Below, one piece after another: positions 1 to 10,842 of a DNA stretch of 64,000 nt. This DNA is from Vicugna vicugna (Eukaryota). The stretch covers positions 1,406,963 through 1,470,962 of the forward strand of contig MU058781.1 in assembly GCA_013265495.1 (NCBI GenBank), in the 5' to 3' direction. A program made the translations under genes and the position numbers. Within the stretch, counting starts at the first letter, position 1. Every line of letters begins with the position of its first letter. The notes under the pieces are model-generated. The model ran no database searches. It saw only the letters and a program-made list of their open reading frames with translations, and was not told the DNA's origin.

Positions 1-1000
1 GGGGACCGCGTCCGGGCGTTCGTCGGACTCTCGGCACCCGAGCTGTTGCCCGGCCCTCTTCGGCCGCGGGCTCCTCGGCTCCGCCGCCCGACCTGGGGCT
101 CGGGGTTCGGCCGCCGGCTGCTGCGCCGCTCCTCCATGGCCCCGCGCCCCGCCAGGGACCGGCCCTCGCCTGGGCCGCCCCTCCGGCTGCCGGCGGACCC
201 CGGGGCCGGACTCCTTGCTGCAGCGGCCGCCCTGCCCTGGGCTCTCCGGGGTAGGGGCTCTGGGAGGGGGAGCCGGGACGAGGCCCGGGGCGCGCAGAGA
301 CGCGAGGCGGCCCAGCCCGGGCGCCGCTGGCACGGGCTCCCGGCTCCCGGCGCAAACCCGTCCGACTGGCTGGGCCACTCCCGCCCGACGCCCACCCCCC
401 ACGCCCCCATGACACGGCTCGCTCTCTCCCAGCCACCGCTGCCAGTCTACCCGCCGGGCTGTCAGAACAAGTGGCACCTCGCCTCCTGCGTGTCCCTGCA
501 GAGCCCGGCATAATTAGACAGCCCCGAGCCGGCTCGGAAACCCGAAATCCCTGCTCCGGCGCTCGCCCACCGCAAAGTTGTTGAAACAGCCTTCACTCTA
601 TTTATTCTTCTCTCCCTGCTCTCGCTTCTCATCTTTTTTGGTCTTCCTCACACAAACATGCACACGCGCCCCCACAGGGTCCCTCTCGGGGTGCAAGTTC
701 ATCGCCTCCCACCTGGGTCCCACAAGCGCCTGGCGCCGCGCGGAGCTTCGGACCCCGCCCGCCGGGGACTCGGAACCCGGGGCACACGGTTTCGGCCTCC
801 GGGAAAGTGAACGCCGGAGCCTCTGGCCACAATCTGGGCTGGACAATCCACTCTGGGAGGCTTACGGGGCCTCAGTTTCACCTCCCCCGCCACCGGCTCG
901 CAAACGGACCCCCAGCCCTGAAAACAAAGCGACTGGTCGGACATGGAGTATCCGCGCCCCGCGCCACGCAGGACAGGAGTCCCCAGAGAAGCATCCGTCC
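1..1000. promoter_or_regulatory. CpG island in TFAP2A intron 1 (probably the promoter region of exon 1b, which is just outside the window)
   Basis: Very high GC and CpG density. The exon 1b assignment is inferred from known TFAP2A exon order; the MLVHSFSAM codons are not in the window. Confidence 0.7.
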
Positions 1001-2309
1001 CCTTGGGATATCACCCCGTGCCCCATCCACGGGGTGGGGGAGGGAGGGCCAAAAGGGAGGACCCGGGAAAGGGGAAAGATTTAAAATAGTCTCCAGAAAA
1101 GAGAGGAGGAAGGGGACGCGTGACACATTTTTCACATAAACCCAGGTTCTGATTTCAAGTGAAGACCCTCGCCGCTGCGCCCGCACAGACATCTACGCTT
1201 GACATTCCCAGCTCCAAAAGCCAAAAGGAAAGAAAGAAAAGAGAAAAGAAAAAACAGTGAAAGCCGGGACTGTCACCTATTTACTTAGGTAATCTCCGGT
1301 CGCGGCCCTCTCCCCATCCCCCTCCCATGACTCATCCGCTCCTTTTAGCGGGGGTTGTAAGGGGGTTGAGGCAGCGGCCGCCAGGCCTGTTCCCAGCGCC
1401 TCCCGCCGGCTGCCCCAAGAAGCCGAGCTCCGGGGACTCTGGATTTTAAAATGGGCTCCGTCGCGGCGCGCTCTATCGGCCTGGCAGGCTCCCCGCACCA
1501 GAGGTTGTGGGCAGCCCCGCCAGGATTCCCACGGTCACGCAGCCGAGTGCCCGGCGGCTGCAGGACAGATGCGGAGGAATCGGTCGGCCAGCAGGCTCCG
1601 AGCAGTGCACCCTCCCACCCCCACCCCGGGGATGCGCCTACCAAGTGGCTCAGGGAGAAGCTGCCAGAACTTCCTAAACAACACAGAGTACCTGGGACGA
1701 GCTCGGTCGCAGTTTGTGGGATAAGTGCTCCCAAACTGAACCCGCTCACTGGGAGGTGCAACTCAGTTCAGAGCGAAGTGTGCGAGCCCCTTCTCCAGAT
1801 ACGGAAAAAAAAAAAAGCCTTTTAGAAAGCGTTGGGTGGGGGGACGGTAGGAAGGAAAGAATGAATAAATAAAAAAGGAATATTAAAGATCAGAGACAAA
1901 GTTAAAGAAGGAAAAGGGTTTTCTCTTTCCTGGTGATGTGGGCCCTCACAAGCTCGTTGGAGAGACACGCAGAGTGCACAGACGCGTGCCCACTTGCCAG
2001 CAATTGCTTCAAAAGCCCACTCTCGTCTCTCTTAGCTCTACTCTTAGGCACAGTCTCAATTGGTCCGAAAGAAAAGGGGGAAAGTGGGACAGGGGGTTTG
2101 AAGGAGGGAAATGAAAGAAGGGAACGTCCTCATCCTCCCTCTCCAGCTTCTCCCCTGCGTTCTTCGGGCGAATCGGAGAGGCGGACGCAGCGCGGGGCAA
2201 AGTTTGTCCCACCCGCATTTCGCAGCTGGCTGCGAGGAGAGGAGGAGGAGCGGGAAGTAGAGCTCGGAGCCTGCGGCCGCGAGGATGACTGAGCCAGCGC
2301 CGCGCTTAC

Positions 2310-2360
2310 CTCGCAGTCCTCGTACTTGATATTATCCGTCAGTTTCCAAAGCATTTTCAT
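2310..2360 (-). CDS. TFAP2A: Transcription factor AP-2 alpha, first coding exon 1a (partial CDS; rest of gene lies left of the window)
   Basis: Minus strand reads ATG AAA ATG CTT TGG AAA CTG ACG GAT AAT ATC AAG TAC GAG GAC TGC GAG = MKMLWKLTDNIKYEDCE, the known AP-2alpha isoform 1a N-terminus. A phase-0 donor GAG|GTAAGC follows at 2309. Confidence 0.97.
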
Positions 2361-2454
2361 GGATCGGCGTGAATGGATTTGCCCCCTCTCCGCCTCGCAC
2401 CCAAGTGGAGCTACTCTGGGTGAGCGCAAAGTGCCGGCTGCGGGCGGTGAGCGC

Positions 2455-2547
2455 AGGAGGAGGAGGAGGGCGAGGAGGAGGAGGAGGGCAAAAAGGAGGA
2501 GGAGGAGGAGGGCGAGGAGGAGGAGGAGGAGGGTGAGGAGGAGGAGG
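2455..2547. repeat. Interrupted (GGA)n/(TCC)n repeat in exon 1a 5'UTR
   Basis: Five GGA runs separated by GGC/GGT spacers. Confidence 0.95.
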
Positions 2548-2584
2548 CGAGAAGGGAAAGAGCTCCCGTGTGCGCTCAGAGATC

Positions 2585-2672
2585 TCCCTCTAATGGTAGA
2601 AACTTTTCCCTTTTCCTGCTCTTTACCAACAGCCTAATCGCCTCATTAGCATATCAACAATAGTCCAATTGC
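2585..2672 (-). promoter_or_regulatory. TFAP2A: TFAP2A exon 1a core promoter (TATA-less; octamer-like element, CCAAT box, initiator-like region)
   Basis: ATGCTAAT on the minus strand at 2645-2652 and CCAAT/ATTGG at 2665-2669. A pyrimidine-A initiator-like sequence lies near 2590-2600, just upstream of the TCC-repeat 5'UTR. TSS position is inferred. Confidence 0.7.
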
Positions 2673-4249
2673 TCGCCAGCACCACAATCTGCCGCCGGCC
2701 GCTCAGACCCAGGTATAAAGGCCTCTCCGAGCCGCGAACTTACTCCTAGAGCGCACGCCTGCCGGTGAGCCCACGAAATCTCCCCTGAGCCTCGCCGCGC
2801 GCCTCTGCCCAGCGCCCCCGCCCCCAGGCCACCTCTCCTCTCCGTCTCCTCCTCGCCGGAGATGCCCCGGCAAAAGCCCGGAGCTGAACAGGTTCCGAGC
2901 GGCCGCACCTGGGACCCGACTATCAGCACCTCTCCCCCATCCCTGCCTCCATAAGCGACTCTGTCCTTCCGGCCCCGTCCAATTTTATTAGAAATTATCC
3001 CTTTCGCAATTAAACATAACCACCACACCGAGACCAACGAAGTCACTCCAGGATTTTTGCCCAACAAGGGATCGCCTCCGCTCGCGGCAGCCGACACCTC
3101 TGGCCGCAGCTCCCTGGGAGTTTTTATTGGCTTCACGCTTTCCCCCCAGGTTGGATATTTTGCCAAACGGCTTCAGTGGCTCGGCTGGGGTTTGCGATCC
3201 TTTAATTGCTGCGTGTAAAATAAAAGGTGTACCCTGAAGAGGTTACTTGACAGCTCCAGGTGTTAAATGAGTTTCCTCTCATTTGTATGAAGGTAGGGCC
3301 GCCTGATAATTCAACGTGGTACTTGGGCTAAGGGTTTCCTAGGTGCAACGTGGACAAGAATACAGAACTCCTATGGAGACTCACAGCCGCTTCTGGAGTT
3401 GAGCCGAAATACCGACGTGTGTGCGCCATATCATGCATGCATCAAAATAAATCGCTGGGAACCAACCCTTCGCTGTGTTAATCTGCTCCAGTTTTCCCAA
3501 GATTCCCCTTTTTAATTAAAGCAGGGAGAGTTCCTTCATGATTTGGTGCTGTTACTAACGCGGGCGCGCTCGCGGCGCAGTGCCCGGCTGGCGCGGAACC
3601 CCGAGGCCTGGGAGCCGCCCCCCGGTCCAGATCCGCCAGTCCAGGCTCTCCCGCTCCACTCAGGGGCCTGCTCGCCCCACCGGGGCATTATATATTTTTC
3701 TTCTGTAAAACAGAATTTTTTTAAGAAAGAAAAAAAAGATGTGATGTGATGTGATCCTTGGAAATACAGAGTAATTGATTTCTCCGGCTGAATGTCCTCA
3801 TTTTTTTCTCCGTAAAAACATTCCTTCTTCCTCTAAATACTGCAAACTCCCCAGCAACAGTAGGTCTCGCCTCAGAGGTGCTCTAGTAAGGACTTCTGAC
3901 TCCGTCTGGGCCTGTTTCTTGCAACTCTCCAGGCCTCCCAGGTTTCTACAGTGCGTCCACGCAGTGGGTAGGGGCTGCTGCATACCGGAGCATTCCCTAA
4001 CAGGTGGAAGGAAGGAGAGAGGAGGGGGGACCCTCCCCCTCCCAAGCTGCCGAAAGGCGATTCTCCCTCCAAGAGACCACGGCAAATTCCCCAAGCCAGG
4101 CAAGAGTAGGCCGGAGGCCCTCCAAAAAAGTTAGGAAGAAGACCAGAGCTAAGAGGGGGATTTAGAACCGGAGGGCCGGCGAGCCCTGGGAGCTCCCCTA
4201 CACTCCCTTTCCCCACCTAGACACCCGCACAGTCCCTTGGCTGAACCTA

Positions 4250-4830
4250 GCCCGAGGCTAGGCGCCGCACTCCGCCTGCAAAATGGTAAACTTCCAGCGC
4301 TGGCGCCGCGCACCCCGCGGGGCTGCCCAGGGGCCGCCGCCCAACGCAGCGGCTTGAAGTCGGGAGGTGGGCCCCCTGCGGGACCGATACCCTCCCAGTG
4401 GCGCCCGCAAGCCCCAGAGCGTGATCTGTAGGCCAAACTCTAGGCCTGAGAGCCTGGGACTTTACACCCCCAGACGTCGTCACAGTGTGCTTGGGAGAAA
4501 ACTCTTAAGTTTCGCTTTCTTCCTATTTGTGGGTTGGGGAAGGCATCTGAGGGCCTTCACCTTCTCCACCCCCTCCCCTTGCTGCCCCGAGCCCCGCAGA
4601 TCTCCTGCTCCGCACCCGCCGGGGCTGCTGAACTGTTGTTGTTTTCCCGCCGAGGGCGCCTTTGAGGTGCAGATCGGGGCCTGCGGGCTCCGCGCCGCCT
4701 CCCGCGGTCCAGGCGGGCGACCCGGTTACCCCTGGAGCCAGCGGAGCCGCAGTAGAGTGAGCGTCATTGCATGTCAATGCTCCGGCCTCGCCGGGACCCC
4801 AGGACAGCAGCGCCAGGCCTGGGGGCAGGG
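4250..4830. promoter_or_regulatory. CpG island between exons 1a and 1c
   Basis: GC/CpG-rich block. Confidence 0.6.
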
Positions 4831-6597
4831 TCGGGGGTCCAGGCCTGATGTGGGGGTGGAGAGGGCCTTGGGGACAGAGCGAGTATCTGTGTGAGAGAGA
4901 CACGAAGAGAAACAAAGAGACAACGAGGGGGCAGAATGATTCTATTTTCTTTGGTTGTCACCACCCAGTGGGCCCCAGGAGCCCAACAGGCCAAGCCCGG
5001 AGGTTCCAGCCCCTCCAGGCCCCAAATCCGCCTGCTCCACCCGAGATCCAGGCTTCCCACCACTTGCCAAACTGTAAGCCCGCGAGATCCAGGCCCAGGA
5101 TTCACGCCTGTCCCCTTCAGGCTGGAATCTTACTGCTTCCGAACCTCAGTCAGCCCACTGGAGGCCCGGACCCAGGCCGAGTCCGCGCTCCGGGCATTTT
5201 CTCACGTGGAAAAATTCTGCTGCAAAGTTCGCCTGGCTTGGGGAGAAAACCGAAACCCCTGCGTGGGAGAGCTCCCCCAGTCTTCACCCTCCAGGGAAGA
5301 AGGGCCCTGAGGTCCACAGGGACAAGAAAGGGAAAGATGTGGATTCCCAAGATTTGAGTTTGGTGTGGGATTTGCATCCTTAAACCACAAAGTCTAACTT
5401 TGGAGATGAAATTGCATTTACTTAGGTTGGACTGAAAGGAGGAATCTAAAAGAGCTCACGGTTGGTAAAAATAGTAAGTACAAGGAAAGAAAGAAATATC
5501 AGAAGACAACTTCCTTTCCCCAACTCCAGAGAGTGTAGTGACGACGGGACTCCTGAACTTTACTTCTCGTGGCCTAAATCTGAAACAAGCAAAAAAGAAC
5601 TCGCCCCAGAAGTAACAGGGCCTCGACTTTTCCTTGGGAAAGTCAGGCGTTTGGTTCGAAAGGGTCCCCGGGTTTTTAGGAACCTAGAATCTTGCCCTAA
5701 CCAGGCCTCTGCTTGGCAAGGGCGAAAAGAAAGCCCCGCGGTTCCCATTATGAAATCAGCGACGGGGAGAGGCTGCCATCCTCACCAAACTGGCTAGAGC
5801 CGCCCTGGTCCCTGTAGGGGAAATGTCTGGAAGGTGGAAAGAGAGCGCTGGACGAATGCTCCCATGGCCAGGATCTGGGTCCGGGATTCAGGGAGGGCAG
5901 GATCTGAGCCTCGCTGGCCTTGTGGTGCCTGCGGCCTAGCATGGCCAAGTTTGGGAGGCGTTGGTTTCAGCAAATTCTAGGCCTTCTGCCTCATCACTCA
6001 CCACTCACCGCCCCCATCCAGTAACCCCCACCCGTAGCCCAAGCGGCGAAAACTAGCTTCAGGAAGAAGACTAAGTGAGAAGTTAAACTTTGTGCAAACT
6101 CTTTGAAGTATTCCCCGAAAAGAACACGTTCGTCGGCGCGACCCGTCCATTCGGACCCCTTTCCATTCTCTTCCACCCGGCAGGTCCCCAAAACTTGGAA
6201 ACCCAAAGAGAGACAGGTGCACCAGAACCCCATCGCACGCGCAGCCCTGGCTGGAGTCTAGGGCAAGACCGGAGGCACAGCGAACAGGGAACCTTCCTCC
6301 CGGCGCACCGCACCCCCGCCCTGCGCCCTCCTCCCGACTGAATTAGTCATCCACCCCAGTTTCTACTTGGGGTGTTGGGGGGATGGCTGTGGCGCAAACC
6401 ACAGGTGACCCCCGGGGCCACCTGTGGAGCGTGCGCCGGACTTTGCCCAGCGTCCGGCCCGCCGGCGGCGCGCGTGGCCCCCAGCGCCGCGGCCACCGCC
6501 TGCGCCCGTTTTTCCTGTCCTCCTTCTCTCCTGGGAACCCTCCCGGGCGCTGCCAGGCGCGCCTCACCTACGACTCCGCTGCAGCAAACCCCCGTAC

Positions 6598-6630
6598 CTG
6601 CCAGTCCCCCATTTTGGCAAGTATGGACAT
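6598..6630 (-). CDS. TFAP2A: AP-2 alpha alternative first coding exon 1c
   Basis: Minus strand reads MSILAKMGDWQ, the known isoform 1c N-terminus, followed by a phase-0 donor CAG|GTACGG at 6597. Confidence 0.95.
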
Positions 6631-6865
6631 CGCGGCTCGGCGCTCCTGGCGACAGATCCCCGCCGGGCATGGGCTGTAGGGCTCGGCCGGGCCCGCTCCC
6701 TGGAATCGCTTAGGCAAATCCTCCTTTTTTACCTGCTCACCAACATCTCACCTGGTCATAAAGAGCTGGGTTGCTACCTGCCGACGCATGCGCGCTAGCC
6801 CAGGAATTCACTCCGCCAGCCCTAGTCCCAGCGCCTCTCGCAGAGCTGACCTGGGAAGTGATGGA

Positions 6866-6871
6866 TTTATA
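6866..6871 (-). promoter_or_regulatory. TFAP2A: TATA box of exon 1c promoter
   Basis: CTATAAAT on the minus strand about 240 nt upstream of the 1c ATG, in a CpG island; predicts a TSS near 6840. Confidence 0.65.
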
Positions 6872-8769
6872 GCCGCGGCAATCTCGCCATCAGCTCCAGC
6901 TTTTCCCAACAGCCCCAACCCGCTTTCCCGGTCAGTCCCTAGCTGGCAACCGAGGCAAACTGCCTGCTGGGGTGTGCTGGGAGCGCCGCGAGTGTGACCT
7001 GGTGTGTTTTCGCACTCAAGCAATGGGGGCATTTGCACGCTTTTCCCTTGGCTCTCTTCCCCTTCGGAACTTTGGAGCTGGGAGAGTCTCCACCCCGAGG
7101 TGGGGGGGATAGGGGAAGGGCAAGGCCCGGAGACTGGGCCGGACCCCATGGGCGCCGAGCACCTGGAAGTACGCGGTGGGGCCAGATCCCTGTCCCGGCC
7201 TCCCCACCGGAGCACGAGGTTCACCCTCGCGGATCTGCGTCTGCAACCCCCAGGGCTGCTTCAGCGTCGGATCAAAGTGTTTCTCAACAGGTGAAGACGG
7301 TCACGATTCTGTTTCATTTCTGGCATTTAGATTTAGTCTCCTGCCACCGCAGAAGAGTCAAACACACGCACGTACACACACTGGCACACTCACGTACTTA
7401 CACTTCTATTTAAGGTGCCCCCCCTTCTCACTTGCGCGATTCCCTGCCCCTCCCCCACTCCTCTTCGGCTTCCCAGCTTTTCCATTGAAACTTTTTGAAG
7501 GGTGAATGGGGCCGCTGGTGGTTCTGGGATGGGCAACTGAGATTTGGACTGGGGTTTGCTTTCCCATGACAGATAAAATCACTTAAGTGATTCCACCACT
7601 GCTTCTAATTAGAAGGGAGCTTTCAAAGAAGCCACAGGATTTGGGGCTTCCGAGGAACTCACCTCCATAGGAACCACACCTGGGGCAGGAGGGAGGCGAA
7701 GGTGAGGAGCTTAATCTTGGACCGCGCTGGCCCCATAACAGTGCCGGCCCCACTCTGGCAGTCACCTGGGCCTGGGACCCCTGGGACAGACCCAGTTACT
7801 TTCTCTGGTTGCCGTGGTGGGGACTTCAAGAGAAATAACCGGTTTCAAATCTTCTTCTCTGACATGTTAGGCAAATGTGGGCTAAAGGTCAGCTCTGTGC
7901 TTAGTAGCGAAAACTTGTCCCCACACCAAAACCTCCCCTTCTTAATCCCGCCCAAGGGCCTCTGTCCCTGGTGGCCGGCCCGAGTGGCCTTGCACCGTCC
8001 CGGCCCACCCAAGGCTGGGTGCTGGTGTCTGTCGTAGGGGTTCCCGCGTCGCCTAGGTAGATTAACCATCCCTGGGCTGCGGGGACTTTCATTCCAGAGC
8101 CGATGCTCTTGTTGATTTGGAACTTTCTTGGACCTGCCTTAGAACCTTGCTCAACTAGTTTGGGTTTTGTTTATAGGTGTTTTTTTTTCTTGCGAATTTT
8201 AAATAATAACTTAAACTATGGTGTTTTTAACCCATAAGCGTCTCTATTTAACCTCTCTGGTTTTTTCCAGACAGACTGTCGAAATAGTTTGATGAAAAGT
8301 GAAGGGAAGCCTTCAAACTGCGGGACATGCACAGAAGACGCGTCTGTAGCTCCTGCGAGATTCCGGAGGGAGGTGCTGTATTTCCTTAAAAATGTGCGGC
8401 CTCACTGCTCCGGGCATGGGTGGAAATGCTGGAGGGACCTAGGACCCCACAGGCTAGGCCAGGCCGCGCCTAGGAAGGACCGGCCGTCGTGTGCTAGGGC
8501 CAGGGTGGGGTGCAAAGAGCGTCACCTCCAATTTAGGTACTTTGGGGGTTGGTGGTGGGAGGTGAGGCAAAGCTGCTAGGGCACTTAAGAGCGAAGCTAA
8601 GCCGCGGAGCAGGATTGGATGAAAGTGGACAGGACAGAACTGGAAGCGAAGCAACCCAAGCCTTGGTCATGAGGGCGCTCGGTGTCCGCTCAGATGCCTG
8701 GGGCTGGGACCAGGGTTGGGGAGGGAAAGGGAAGGGATGTGAGGAATTCGGGAGCAGTCAGGAGCTAGA

Positions 8770-8950
8770 ATTTACCTTTAGAGAACGACCGCCCGGGGTC
8801 CAAACTCAGTCGTTTACATTTACCGGCTGAATGATTTAGGATAAGTTACTGAACTTGTCCGATCCTCAGTTTACTCATTTGTAAAATGGGTGATTGGTTG
8901 TGAGAATTTACCAGGAGAAGGCACGCGAAGCGCTTAGCACGGCACGCACG
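8770..8950 (+). mobile_element. MIR SINE
   Basis: Core CCTCAGTTTACTCATTTGTAAAATGGG ... GTTGTGAGAATT ... AAGCGCTTAGCAC. Confidence 0.8.
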
Positions 8951-9469
8951 TTGTGTGCTAGAGGCTGCTGAGCTGCTGAGGCCTAATCAAGGACGTTCTA
9001 CTCTGCCCCAAACCCCACCCCCAGAGTCCCCGAGATCGGTTCAATTCTAGTTGGTGTCAACTCCATTGCTCCTTCCTGAGGCACACCGCAGCCAGACGTG
9101 ATGGCCAACCGCACCTCCTGGGACTCCCTCCTCAGAACCCTCCTCTTTCGGAGTGTTCTCCCTCCCTCTTTCTCCCCATACACCTGCTTCGCCCCTTCCG
9201 GCCTTTCCCCACCTCATCTTCCCCACTAGCTCTGGATTAGCTTGATTCTGCCGCCTCCAGGAGGGAGCCTAGGGTGTGGGGTGTGGATGGGGGACAACTT
9301 ACAGCTTCACCCAGTGCCCAGGCTCCAGTCATCCACCCTAGTGAGCCAGCTGTGCCCAGGGCCAGGGCAGGTCCAAGGCCACTAACTGCTCTTGGCCACT
9401 GTTGGATCACCCAAGCAGTCTCCAGAACTGTGGCCTCAGGCCTCTTGAAAATCAGGAAACTTTGGTGTC

Positions 9470-9486
9470 CTCTCTCTCTTCTCTCT

Positions 9487-9526
<40 letters not shown>

Positions 9527-9555
9527 TCTCTCTCTCTCTCCCCCTCTTTCTCTCC
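9470..9555. repeat. (CT)n microsatellite
   Basis: Direct observation. Confidence 0.97.
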
Positions 9556-10768
9556 CTGCCTGTTTCCCGTGCTGCCACCACAAAGCAAGTTCCAAAGCTA
9601 ACAAGTCCCAGGACTCTCCGCCCAATGTCAGACTTTTCTGTACACTGCGCAGTGCCGATGCCCCGAGCTTTGGGAAAGAGCAGGATGACTTGTCAGATTG
9701 CACGGAGCTCCCAGCTTCAGATAATGCTGAGCTCAGGCTCTCTGAAGCCCCTGGTTTCCCAGAACAGCAGAGTGGCATCTATTACTATCCCATAATGCCC
9801 CCTGCCAGCTCCATCACCCCAAAATTACGGCAGGAACAATCTCTGCACTCACTCCACCCCAGAGCCCACCTTTTCATTCATCAACAGGTGCCAAACCTCC
9901 AGGCCCCACTTCTAGTTTCCTTAAGGCACTTGGAAATCTAGACTTGCGCAGTGGGTTAACTCGGAAGATCACTCCTGTAGTGGTGGCCCCGGCTTCACCT
10001 TCACCTTAGAGAAAGAGTGATTATTGAGGAAGAATGAGTGGCCACTCACTGGCCTCGCGCCTCTTCCCCTACAGAGGCTCACCCTCCACGCCATTGGGCC
10101 TGAGAGAGCTGAAGTCAATTTGGGGTCTTTCCTGGGCCCCTCCGCGGCTAAGCTGGCACCCAGGCTCAGAGCAGGGGAGGGGAGGGCTGGACCACTCACG
10201 GGAAAACGTCAAGGGGAAGTGAATAGCCTCCTGCCACGCCACGACTCGAGGCCTCCACCTTGAGTTCTCCAGCTGGATTAGGGCAAAGGAATAAGGTTAC
10301 CAGTGACCACAGAAAAAAGAAGCCAAACCTGTTACCAAAGGTGCCCAGGGAGAGGCGGCCCGGCGACCCCAAGGTGCACCGGCTGCGGCACCTCCGCTTT
10401 CAATTGGGTATTCTTGGAGCAGTGGGTACAGGCCTAGGTGTGCTGCAAGCCCGGAAGCCCAGAGGCCGAGAACCTAGAGATGCCCTGGAGGCCGGAGGAT
10501 CGCCACCGCGCTGGGTCCCCTCCACGCGCGGCCTGGGTCCCTCCCGGCCCCAGGCGACAGGTGCAGCCGCAGCCTCGGCCGCCCGCTGTGCAAGGGCTGC
10601 CGCCGCCGCGCACTGGTGCGGAACCACTATCGGAACGAGTTTGCGCTTCTGTTTACAAAGCAATCCTGCCATCAAAAGAGGAACAAAATCACCACTTATC
10701 ACACCCTGTCATAAAGTAATCTGCCCCGGAGGGAAACCCTAGCAAAGGAGCGCGCGGAGTTAGTGTGA

Positions 10769-10796
10769 GTGCGCGCGCGTGCGTACGTGCGTGTGT

Positions 10797-10837
<41 letters not shown>

Positions 10838-10842
10838 TGCGC
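10769..10842. repeat. (GC)n/(GT)n alternating purine-pyrimidine microsatellite
   Basis: 74 nt of unbroken RY alternation. Confidence 0.95.

Larger units (their letters stand above)
2150..2920. promoter_or_regulatory. CpG island over exon 1a
   Basis: High CpG density around exon 1a and its promoter. Confidence 0.75.
6130..7000. promoter_or_regulatory. CpG island over exon 1c
   Basis: High CpG density around exon 1c and its TATA box. Confidence 0.75.

Noticed and set aside
2130..2429. 99-aa minus-strand ORF as a complete gene
   Set aside because: Only 2310-2360 is coding; the rest is 5'UTR and intron read-through past the GTAAGC donor.
2326..2637. Poly-arginine, protamine-like ORF on the + strand
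   Set aside because: It is simply the translation of the GGA repeat antisense to the TFAP2A 5'UTR.
6729..6746. MLVSR* as TFAP2A exon 1b (MLVHSFSAM)
   Set aside because: Only three residues match, it stops immediately, and exon 1b lies downstream of exon 1a, outside the window.
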